Below the pieces are notes generated by a model. It ran no database searches. It had not been told where the DNA came from and worked only from the letters and a program-made list of their open reading frames with translations. Source: Myxococcota bacterium (GTDB taxonomy: Bacteria; Myxococcota_A; Polyangia; Nannocystales; Nannocystaceae). Taken from it: a stretch of 64,000 nucleotides of DNA. Below, piece after piece: positions 30,701 through 38,362 of the stretch (positions are counted from its first letter, which is position 1; each line of letters opens with the position of its first letter). The DNA lies in contig JBCCHT010000033.1 in the NCBI GenBank assembly GCA_039028615.1, positions 82,596-146,595 on the forward strand. Direction: 5' to 3'. The position numbers and the translations under genes are program-made.

Positions 30701-31141
30701 GGCCAGGACCCACGAGAGCGCATCCACCACGGGCTGCAACACAGGATGCTCGCGCCTCATCGCTCGCGCCCGATTGACGGCCGTGCGCGAGTACAGGTCC
30801 GCCGACCACAGCTCGTCGGGCAGCGCTTCCCCGCGGTGCACCCAGGGCTTGAGCGTGCCCAAGACCCCGCTCACCGCCGCATGCCATGCCGCGACATCCC
30901 CCACCAACTTGGGCATCGCCCGCGGGAACTCGCCGCGCAGCTTGTTCGCCGTGAAGGTGGCCCGACGCAGATGGTTGCGATCGAGCGTCAGCACTTCCGG
31001 GCCACGCTCCCCCTCTTCGGGCACCACCACCCAATCGTCGCCACGGGGATAGCCCTTCAGCCACCACAGCTTGGCCTTCATCAACATGCGGGCCCGAGCG
31101 AGTCCCGAGGCCCGGGTGTTGGCGGGGGAGTGCGGACGCAT
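27728..31141 (-). CDS. Large hypothetical protein
   Basis: About 1137 aa with coding-like codon bias; conserved-looking block LEDDPLEVFHMGRHFGTCLSPGECNFFSVFANAADINKRVIYARD. Start uncertain (31141 or 31087). Confidence 0.75.
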   Translation of the reverse strand: MRPHSPANTRASGLARARMLMKAKLWWLKGYPRGDDWVVVPEEGERGPEVLTLDRNHLRRATFTANKLRGEFPRAMPKLVGDVAAWHAAVSGVLGTLKPWVHRGEALPDELWSADLYSRTAVNRARAMRREHPVLQPVVDALSWVLATRASLAPKYLAWVLRRADALTVVHEQRSHDEAVRLSIRCAHLAMAARPKAVEPLMRLLADPATYRTAIKGGRPFVEQSAAIFQRGGTLPEPAKLRLVPQIEDWVDWLLQVDTARAKRFLRLLEHCDLSALIGEWDAWWPALTRVTHKAHHIQAHEEPSKGKSDRIERLRRERQAIVERAPDELDLEGLTAALQGASADEPSGYHAAASKALRHVGESPGVAARAGLLIHFERLRHDDPGWEASRAPVLLRALAADLATASADDDAFAPWREDTIRAATKGSGFYGLLEDLLEEDFEARDIPRFFTGLAWLRRHAPEIDLTESAETLCAVVGAFHDGELAARLLVGLSTVDRHEQWCNADELRAAWMVAEPDVDVFARVFDFFNRREDSAELIAKALRQVLDRVTDEERTLLRALTLEEDIGALVSCGRKLAALEFLGAPLPSGSITREPEESDWIAEYPEELRGELERLTRFTPRARAIAAKVLRSVHRGDASIEAELRAVERMVSEASAERAAALRKRRATLKQRLASREGPATALSEVKRDTLRGKLKRRSGLALVAGLEEAAVARLRPALAEHYGLDSATPWLLEDRLIGLLGPLASESKQTRRLFEMLLVRRASDEPWDLRDHPANAGFIETLRQSPIDPGPWLDGIGEVVVGGRKASLRLSLEDDPLEVFHMGRHFGTCLSPGECNFFSVFANAADINKRVIYARDERGRVQGRRLVCLTQQGALLPFYPYAHDADSDFDEHSDAFVRRLAEAMGAPLVSHGSIPKLVAEDWYDDGPVDITGRYAELEDESAFRAALASVRPNRLSALLMETFGRTHVDEGLGPKLLALPELTERPELVVSLLPLLRHPERLPAPTCLQASRLLIEAGATPRVRSFFVRPLVESLGRTHRLYGYVDYDSVEFVARCAPTDALRLLRRTRARGVRSWSDETENYRLLAAAIAMETLRRKRQAMRLLRLALEAHGFGHLHEEAARRLKALEAELSSE

Positions 31142-31589
31142 GATGAACGCGACTACGATGAGAGTACGTCGGCTCGATGTGAACACGCGAATCGGGCTCG
31201 TCTCCTCGACCAAACCCGATTCGCGGCGTTCCATCGAGTCATGCTCCAGGTCGTGCCGGTCCGCGCACGGGGCCTTCGGTGCGGGCGGCTCCAGCTCGGC
31301 GGAACGACCGAGGAGCCGGCTCGGTCCTCGACGGCCGGCGTCATGCTCTTCGTTCCCGCTGCGCAAGGCGACCAATGCCGGGTGTGCCACGCTGCCCTTC
31401 CGTGCCAAAACTCGACGGTACGAGAGCAACTGAAATAGCCACGGGTCGGGAACGGGCCGTCGAAAGATTTCGACGAGGGTGACGTACCCACCGGGGCCCA
31501 ATTTGCTCACTCACTCATCGTGAGTTGCACACTCTTCGTGGAGGTGCCGATCGAAGTGTCACTACACTTCGCGCTGCTACGTTGAGTTC

Positions 31590-31976
31590 ATGGTCATGGG
31601 AGCGCAGCCGACGATTCGGCTTCGAGAAACACAGATCGACGCGCTGAGCGAGGTGCCGCGATTGGCCATCCTCGAGCGAGTCTGGCGCCTCGTCGAAGAC
31701 GACTGGTTGGCCGAGAACGAAGGCGCCAGTCGACAGCTCGGCTACGAGCGAGTGATGGCGGGCATCGAGCGCGCCCGCGGCTATGGCATCGAGACCCCGT
31801 ATGGATGGGGTCGATTCGCCCAGCTGATGGTGATGCTGGGCGACGAGTTCGACCTCGATCTGCCCTGGGCCAAAGAGATCCTGGCGATCCCTCGGCTCCA
31901 CGAAGAACACCGCCTCGATCTGGTGGAAGAGCGCGGACTCCAAGACACCGAAGACCTCGAGGGCTCCCAGGAGTAG
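31590..31976 (+). CDS. Small acidic helical protein, putative effector chaperone/adaptor
   Basis: IERARGYGIET..RFAQLMVMLGDEFDLDLPWAKEIL resembles small proteins found beside secretion-effector genes; 4 nt upstream of the toxin gene. Confidence 0.55.
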   Translation: MVMGAQPTIRLRETQIDALSEVPRLAILERVWRLVEDDWLAENEGASRQLGYERVMAGIERARGYGIETPYGWGRFAQLMVMLGDEFDLDLPWAKEILAIPRLHEEHRLDLVEERGLQDTEDLEGSQE

Positions 31977-31980
31977 CGCC

Positions 31981-34284
31981 ATGGATCCCTTTCCCTACCA
32001 GAGCAAGGTCGAGACCAAGCCCAAGCCCGGCAACAAACCCAACGGCAAGGGCGACGAGAATAGGCAACGCAACAAGAGAAAACGCAACAGGAAAAAAAAC
32101 AAGAACCAGAACAACCTGTCCAAGTCGAAATCTTCGATCACGACGACCAAGTGCAAGAACAAGCAGCGGCTCACCGTCCACGTGAGCCCCTCGCCGCACG
32201 CGCTCACGTTCGAGGACGACGACAGCGTCGTCGCCGAGATCAAGGCCATCACGACCCCCAAGAAGGTCAAGAGCATCAAGTGGTCGTTCGTGACCAACCC
32301 CATCGGCGCCAAGTTCATCAAGTCCAAGGGCAACACGGCGAGGATCGAGTCGGAGGAATCCGGCACGGTCAAGGTGCGGGTCGAAGCCAAGACGGAGGAC
32401 CAGACGGCTGTCGCCACGTCCGACGTGCATTTCGTGGACGTCTACCTCCCCGAGGTCGTCGCGAAGGTGCTGCCGCCCCAGGAAAAAGAGGCCACCCGCA
32501 GCATCCAGTTCGAGGCCGAGGGCACGCCGAACGATGGAACCTACGCGTGGGAAGACCTCGCCGAGACCAGCGGTGACGTCGCGATCTCCGGGCAGCAGAA
32601 CAAGAAGAAGCTGAAGCTCCAGGCCAAGACCCCGGGGACGGCCCAGGTCGAGGTCGCCTTCACCCCGAGCGTCGCCGACGAGCTGACGGCCAACATCACG
32701 AGCACCGCCGCGTTCTTCCGCATCGAGCCGGCCGTCCAGGCCGTGAAAGGAGCGGGTGCGAGGAGCTCCGGAAAGCTCGTGACGATGGAGGTCAAGGGCA
32801 CCCCCGACGCGGGCACCCGCAAGTGGAGCCTGAGCAACAACACGATCGGGGCCACCATCGAAGGCGGCACCAACGGCACCAAGCTCAAGATCCGGAGCAA
32901 GAAGAGCGGCGTGGTCAAGGTCAAGTTCCAGTACACGCCCCCCGAAGCGAAACAGCCCCTGACGAGCCACGGGGCGGCCGTGTTCGTTGCCTGCCCCATC
33001 ACCAAGTTCAAAGCCGGGGCGGCGACCGCCTACACCGACATCCCCACGTCGAGGCGCAAACCGATCGAGCTTCTCATCGATCACTCGCCCACGGGGACCA
33101 AGAAGGACCCGGCCGCCTTCAAGACGGGGCGGTTGCTCGTGGAGGCGGACCCCAAGCCCACGAGCATCCAGTCGACGGGCCTCGACGACGAACTCGGCAC
33201 CTACGAGTGGAGCAAGCCCGCCAACAACAAGTTCATCCGCATCTCCGCGACGCAGCCCAACCAGCACGGCCGCGACCAGTCCAAGGTGGCGATCGATGCC
33301 CTCCCCAAGACGGGGACCGTGGGACCCACCAACGACTACGCCGTCGAGAAGGTCCAGATCAAGCGCAAGCTCCACAACGTCCCGGTCACCGACACCATCG
33401 ACGTCCACGTGCACAAAAAGGGCTGCTCCCAGGTGAAGTGGCGTCGAGCACGGCTCAACAACGTGACGAGCGAGGACCGGCTGAAGGTCTGCAAGCACGC
33501 CGCGAACCCGCAGTGGGACAACTGGGCGCTGAACATGACCGAGCCCCCGGGAGGAATTCCCGCGGTGGCCTCCAACGGGCACCAACACGGGGGCCCTTGC
33601 GGCCAGTGTTCGTCGGATGCCCGGACGATCTGGCACTACGTCGAGTCCCACAACGACGTCATCACCCACGCCAAGGACCTCGCCAACACGATCGCGACGT
33701 TCACGAGCCGAGAAGACTCGAACAGCGTGAGCTTCCAGAATGCACACGGGACCACGCTCCACGGCAACACGCTGTTCACCAACGAGATGTGGGCCACGTT
33801 TCGCCCGCAGTACTACGACAACGGGAGCAGCACCTACCGCTACCGCACCCGGGGTCGAATGCTCGGGGTCCTGCGGGGAAAGCCCTTGAACTCGAACGCC
33901 TGGCAGTGGATCTACGGGCTGTCCGGCGAGGGCAACCACGGCGGCACGTGGGCAGCCGAGGTCGATGTCCAGTCACAAGGGGGCGACACCAGCCGCGCCA
34001 TCTCCGGCTACCTGGTCAACGCTCGGTACGGGCAGACCAGCGGGGTGTTCAACACGAACGCGATGACCTCGAGCTGGACTCGATTCGGCCGCTGCGCGGC
34101 AACCCGAGTCCTCCGTGCGGCCATCGCTGCCAACCTGTGCGACATCCAGCTCGCAGAAGTCTGGGTCTACCCCGGCGGCAACGATCTGTACGGCAACTAC
34201 GACCACGGGTACGAGATCGGCTCGTGTGAACAATGCCGTCGGTACCTGGGCCTCATGTTGTGTGAAACCGGGGTCCGCACCTAG
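31981..34284 (+). CDS. Putative polymorphic toxin: basic N-terminus, Ig-like beta repeats, C-terminal Cys-rich (deaminase-like) tip
   Basis: AGGAG RBS; repeated GTP..GT..W beta modules; C-terminus FGRCAATRVL..LAEVW..HGYEIGSCEQCRRYL; followed by SUKH gene. Confidence 0.7.
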   Translation: MDPFPYQSKVETKPKPGNKPNGKGDENRQRNKRKRNRKKNKNQNNLSKSKSSITTTKCKNKQRLTVHVSPSPHALTFEDDDSVVAEIKAITTPKKVKSIKWSFVTNPIGAKFIKSKGNTARIESEESGTVKVRVEAKTEDQTAVATSDVHFVDVYLPEVVAKVLPPQEKEATRSIQFEAEGTPNDGTYAWEDLAETSGDVAISGQQNKKKLKLQAKTPGTAQVEVAFTPSVADELTANITSTAAFFRIEPAVQAVKGAGARSSGKLVTMEVKGTPDAGTRKWSLSNNTIGATIEGGTNGTKLKIRSKKSGVVKVKFQYTPPEAKQPLTSHGAAVFVACPITKFKAGAATAYTDIPTSRRKPIELLIDHSPTGTKKDPAAFKTGRLLVEADPKPTSIQSTGLDDELGTYEWSKPANNKFIRISATQPNQHGRDQSKVAIDALPKTGTVGPTNDYAVEKVQIKRKLHNVPVTDTIDVHVHKKGCSQVKWRRARLNNVTSEDRLKVCKHAANPQWDNWALNMTEPPGGIPAVASNGHQHGGPCGQCSSDARTIWHYVESHNDVITHAKDLANTIATFTSREDSNSVSFQNAHGTTLHGNTLFTNEMWATFRPQYYDNGSSTYRYRTRGRMLGVLRGKPLNSNAWQWIYGLSGEGNHGGTWAAEVDVQSQGGDTSRAISGYLVNARYGQTSGVFNTNAMTSSWTRFGRCAATRVLRAAIAANLCDIQLAEVWVYPGGNDLYGNYDHGYEIGSCEQCRRYLGLMLCETGVRT

Positions 34285-34304
34285 TCCGGGACAGGCAGCT
34301 CCTC

Positions 34305-35027
34305 ATGAGTAGAATCAGCGACAGCATCGACTTCTGCACGCGGGCCAATCCCGCCTATGCCCAGAGCCTCCGCGGCAGCAGTGCGGCCGACATCGCAAAG
34401 GTGGAAGCCGCCATGGGTCGGCCATTGTCGGCCGAGCACCGCGAGTTCCTCGAGACGATGGGCGAGGGAAGCGGCAGTGACTTCGGCAACTTCACCGTCT
34501 CGCCTTCCGTGCTCCTGCAGCTGCGCTCCGCGACCTACGCTCGCCTGCCGCCCGGCGTCGAGCTGCTGGCCGCGCCCACGGACGACGACCTGATGGACGT
34601 ATTCCTGGTCCACCGCCAAGACGCCGCCCCTCGCGTGCTTCGGCATCGCCCGCTCGAGTATGTGGACAGCGCCGACTTCGATGTCGCCAACACCGAGGCG
34701 ATGGCGGGCGGCCTCGACGAAATGCTGTGCGCGGCCGAGCTGAGCAAGGTCGCCGTCCAGCAACCGCATCTGGTCACGCTCGACGACCACCATCGACGCC
34801 CCGACTTGCTCGACGAGTTTCGCGCCTTGATGCTGTCGTTCGGCGTCACCCCCTACTTCTGGGCCAACGACTGGTCGTTCGCGGGCACCGCCAAAGGTAC
34901 GATCGTGGTGGGCAATCAACCGCCGGGCTGTGGATTGTCGATCGGCGTGGCCGGGCCCGACCGGTGGGCGGTGGCCGCTCTCGCCGGGACCGCCCAGTGG
35001 CAGCTGGAGCTGTCACGCCCGCGTTGA
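34305..35027 (+). CDS. SMI1/KNR4 (SUKH) family immunity protein
   Basis: GSSAADIAKVEAAMGRPLSAEHREFLETMG signature. Confidence 0.8.
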   Translation: MSRISDSIDFCTRANPAYAQSLRGSSAADIAKVEAAMGRPLSAEHREFLETMGEGSGSDFGNFTVSPSVLLQLRSATYARLPPGVELLAAPTDDDLMDVFLVHRQDAAPRVLRHRPLEYVDSADFDVANTEAMAGGLDEMLCAAELSKVAVQQPHLVTLDDHHRRPDLLDEFRALMLSFGVTPYFWANDWSFAGTAKGTIVVGNQPPGCGLSIGVAGPDRWAVAALAGTAQWQLELSRPR

Positions 35028-35048
35028 TCCGGGCTGGTACGATGCCGC

Positions 35049-37229
35049 GTGCTTCAGTCGCGGCGCCTCGCAATCATCGCCGGCCTCCTGCCCGTGCTCG
35101 CCATCGGATGCCGACGCAATGATCCTCGCGGAGCGGGCCCGACTCCCGAAGCGGCGGTGACGGCCCCCGTGCGCGTCCCGGCCCCCGACACCGTGCCCGG
35201 CTTCGCGTTCCCGCTCGAGCCAGCCTCGCCTACCGCGCTGCAGGCCGTGCCCGCGTTCCCCGAGCTGCGCTTCGATCGACCGCTGTTTCTCACCCACGCG
35301 CCGGGAGACCCCGAGCACGTCTACGTCGTCGAGCAAGGCGGGACCGTGCGCCGCTTCGAAAACCGCCCCGACGTCACGGAGACCGAGCTTTTTCTCGACA
35401 TCTCCGATCGCGTGCGCCAGCGCCACAACGAAGAGGGCCTGCTGGGCTTCGCCTTCGACCCCGACTACGCGAACAACCAACGGGTTTATGTCTACTACAG
35501 CGCCTCGCGGCCGCGGCGGACCCAGCTGTCGAGCTTCGTGGCCACGAGCGCGAGCTCGGTCGACGCCACCGACGAGCGCGAGCTGTTTCGCGTCGAGCAA
35601 CCCTACGGCAACCACAACGGAGGCATGATCGCGTTCGGCCCGGACGGGTACCTGTACGCGGGCATCGGAGACGGCGGGGCGGCCGACGATCCCCATGGCC
35701 ACGGCCAGAACCTCGAGACCTGGCTCGGCACCATCCTTCGCATCCGCGTCGGCCCGGACATCCCGACCTACGAGGTCCCCGCCGACAACCCCTTCGTGGA
35801 CACGCCCGGCGCCCGTCCGGAGATCTGGGCCCATGGCCTGCGCAACCCGTGGCGGTTTTCGTTCGATCGCCAGACCGGCCGACTGTGGTGCGGCGACGTG
35901 GGGCAGGACGCGATCGAAGAGATCGACATCATCGAGGGCGGGGGCAACTACGGCTGGAACCTCCGCGAGGGCACGCATGTGTTCCGTCGCGGCGAGGCCT
36001 CGACGCCCCTGCGCGAGCCGATCGCCGAATACGGCCACGACCAGGGCCAGAGCGTGACCGGGGGCAATGTGTACCGCGGCACGCGGCTGTCCGATCTGCG
36101 CGGCACGTACTTCTACGGCGACTTCGTGACCGGCTACGTGTGGGCGCTGGACGCCGACGGAGACGAGGTGAAGTCCCACGCCCGCGTCGCCACCGTGCCG
36201 GGCCTTTCGTCGTTCGGCGAGGACGCGGGCGGTGAGCTGTACGCGATGAGCTTCGACGGGCGGATCTATCGCTTCGAGCCCAACGACACCGAGGCCGAGG
36301 GGCGCCAGTTCCCCACTCGGCTGTCGCAGACCGGTCTGTTTGCCGACACGGCCGCGCTCACGCCCAGCCCCGCGCTGCTGCCCTATGCGGTCACCGTGCC
36401 GCTGTGGTCGGACGAGGCGAGCAAGCAACGCTGGGTCTTCGTGCCCCCCGGCGAAAAAGTCGAGTACGACGAGCGCGGGCCCTGGTCGTTCCCCGTGGGC
36501 AGCCTGGCCGTCAAGCACTTCGAGTGGCCGGGCCCGGGCGACCGTCCGCTGCGACTCGAGACCCGCGTCATGATCCACGAGCGTCGCGGCTGGGCCGGCT
36601 ACACCTACCGCTGGAACAAAGCGCAGACCGATGCCGAACTCGTCACCACCTCGACCGCGGCCCTGCACCCGGTGCCCGTGGGCAAGGGCGTCGAGCTACG
36701 GCCTTGGTACTACCCGGCCGGGGCCGACTGCCTGCGCTGCCACACGCCGGGCTACGGGCAAGCGCTCGGCCTGCGCACGCGACAGCTGGCGGGCACCGAG
36801 CAAGGACGAGGCCTCATCGCGACGCTGGTCGAGCGAGGGCAGCTCGAGCCCGCCCCCACCCTCGACGGGCTGCCCGCTCACCCTCGCACCGACGACGCCG
36901 ACATCGAGCTCGACGCTCGGGCGCGGGCCTATCTCGACGTCAACTGTGCTCCCTGCCATCACCCCGGCGGCCCGGCCCCGGGTGGGGTCGACTTGCGGAT
37001 CGACACGGCCCTGGCCGACGCCGCGGTGCTCGGGACCGCGCCCGAAGATCAGCTCGGGGTGGACGGCGAGCTGCGCCTGGCTCCAGGCGACCGCTCGCAC
37101 AGCGCGATGTGGCTGCGGATGGGGCTGCGCGCGCAGCGAGGCGCCATGCCCCCGCTGGCCAGCCTACGGGTGGACGAGGCCGGCCGTGCGCTCGTCGGCG
37201 ACTGGATCGATGCGCTCGGTGCCCCGTGA
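35049..37229 (+). CDS. PQQ-dependent sugar dehydrogenase (GSDH) fused to SO2930-like di-heme cytochrome c
   Basis: EEGLLGFAFDPDY, NHNGGMIAFGPDGYLY, GLRNPWRFSFD; PLWSDEASKQRW, LETRVMI, CLRCH, CAPCH, MPPLA. Confidence 0.9.
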   Translation: MLQSRRLAIIAGLLPVLAIGCRRNDPRGAGPTPEAAVTAPVRVPAPDTVPGFAFPLEPASPTALQAVPAFPELRFDRPLFLTHAPGDPEHVYVVEQGGTVRRFENRPDVTETELFLDISDRVRQRHNEEGLLGFAFDPDYANNQRVYVYYSASRPRRTQLSSFVATSASSVDATDERELFRVEQPYGNHNGGMIAFGPDGYLYAGIGDGGAADDPHGHGQNLETWLGTILRIRVGPDIPTYEVPADNPFVDTPGARPEIWAHGLRNPWRFSFDRQTGRLWCGDVGQDAIEEIDIIEGGGNYGWNLREGTHVFRRGEASTPLREPIAEYGHDQGQSVTGGNVYRGTRLSDLRGTYFYGDFVTGYVWALDADGDEVKSHARVATVPGLSSFGEDAGGELYAMSFDGRIYRFEPNDTEAEGRQFPTRLSQTGLFADTAALTPSPALLPYAVTVPLWSDEASKQRWVFVPPGEKVEYDERGPWSFPVGSLAVKHFEWPGPGDRPLRLETRVMIHERRGWAGYTYRWNKAQTDAELVTTSTAALHPVPVGKGVELRPWYYPAGADCLRCHTPGYGQALGLRTRQLAGTEQGRGLIATLVERGQLEPAPTLDGLPAHPRTDDADIELDARARAYLDVNCAPCHHPGGPAPGGVDLRIDTALADAAVLGTAPEDQLGVDGELRLAPGDRSHSAMWLRMGLRAQRGAMPPLASLRVDEAGRALVGDWIDALGAP

Positions 37230-37302
37230 GCGCACGCTCGGCACCCCGGGCAGTCCGTCGTGCAACCGGACGGGCGCCGGTCCGTCTTCGTCTCGGGAAC
37301 CC

Positions 37303-37956
37303 ATGAGCGCGACGCGAATCGGCATCTTGGTGAGCCTGTGTCTGGCGGCCTGCAACGTGGGCACGTCCGACGGCGCGACCAGCCTCAGCGGAGGCTTCAG
37401 CGCGGGCGAAGACAACGGCGACGGCTCGGCCACGACCGCCGGCAACGATGACTCCGACGAGCCCACCCAGGGCCCGACCGCACAAACCGGGGGCGGCACC
37501 GACGAGCCCACGCCGACGAGCGCGGCCGACGATACCGACGGCGCGGATGCGACCGCCACCGCCACCGCCACCGACGGCAACGACGACGAGGGCATGACCA
37601 CCGACTCGGGCACCGACCCCGGCTCGACCGGCGACGACCCCCCCGGCAGCCCGCTCGACCCCGGCCTCGACACCCCGGACGAAGGCGAGGCCTGCATGAC
37701 CCCCGGCAGCCTGGGCGAGTGCCCCGCGCTGCAGGTCTGCCGCTTTCACACCACCGAGCAAGGTCGATGCGAGAGCTGTGATACCTGCGGCAACCTGGGC
37801 GCGCCCTGTGTCGAAGGCACGGACTGCGACATCCTCTTCGCCTGCTACCAGGGCCAGTGCACCAACATCTGCGAGCTGGGCACGTTCTTCTGCGGGCCGA
37901 TCGAAGACTGCCTGAACGTCGGCCATCCGACGCATGGGGTCTGCGCGCCCTTCTGA
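37303..37956 (+). CDS. Lipoprotein with Thr/Asp/Gly linker and Cys-rich C-terminal domain
   Basis: Lipobox LAAC; low-complexity linker; many Cys in the last ~90 aa. Confidence 0.8.
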   Translation: MSATRIGILVSLCLAACNVGTSDGATSLSGGFSAGEDNGDGSATTAGNDDSDEPTQGPTAQTGGGTDEPTPTSAADDTDGADATATATATDGNDDEGMTTDSGTDPGSTGDDPPGSPLDPGLDTPDEGEACMTPGSLGECPALQVCRFHTTEQGRCESCDTCGNLGAPCVEGTDCDILFACYQGQCTNICELGTFFCGPIEDCLNVGHPTHGVCAPF

Positions 37957-38113
37957 GCCGCCGGCCTCGGTCTTTCCCCCGCATCGGCTTCGGGCTCCCG
38001 CCAGGACGTCGCCCGGTGGAACTTCCCCCCACGGCAAGCGCGCTCTTGCAGCTTCGACGAGATCGCGCGGGAATGGCCCGGGGCACCCCGGAGTTTGGGG
38101 ACAACCGCGCGCC

Positions 38114-38317
38114 ATGAAGTTCCTCCTGCTGCTCGTCCTCGTCGTGTTCTGCTGGCCGCTGGCCGTGCTGGCGCTGGTGCTCTACCCGGTCGTCTGGGTG
38201 CTCATGCTGCCGTTCCGGCTGCTCGGCGTCGTCGTCGACGGGGTGCTGGAAACGGTGTGGGCGATAGTCACGCTCCCCGCCCGGCTGCTCGGCTACAAGC
38301 CCCGCCGTCGACGCTGA
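38114..38317 (+). CDS. Small hydrophobic membrane protein
   Basis: MKFLLLLVLVVFCWPLAVLALVLYPVVWVLMLPFRLLG...LPARLLG. Confidence 0.75.
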   Translation: MKFLLLLVLVVFCWPLAVLALVLYPVVWVLMLPFRLLGVVVDGVLETVWAIVTLPARLLGYKPRRRR

Positions 38318-38362
38318 GCGAGGGGCGATTCGGGGTATGCTCCAGCCCCCGTGACGCCCCCC

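Noticed and set aside
31142..31510. N-terminal extension of the 1260-aa ORF to 31510
   Set aside because: Composition is unlike the body of the gene and the region is full of palindromes; treated as intergenic
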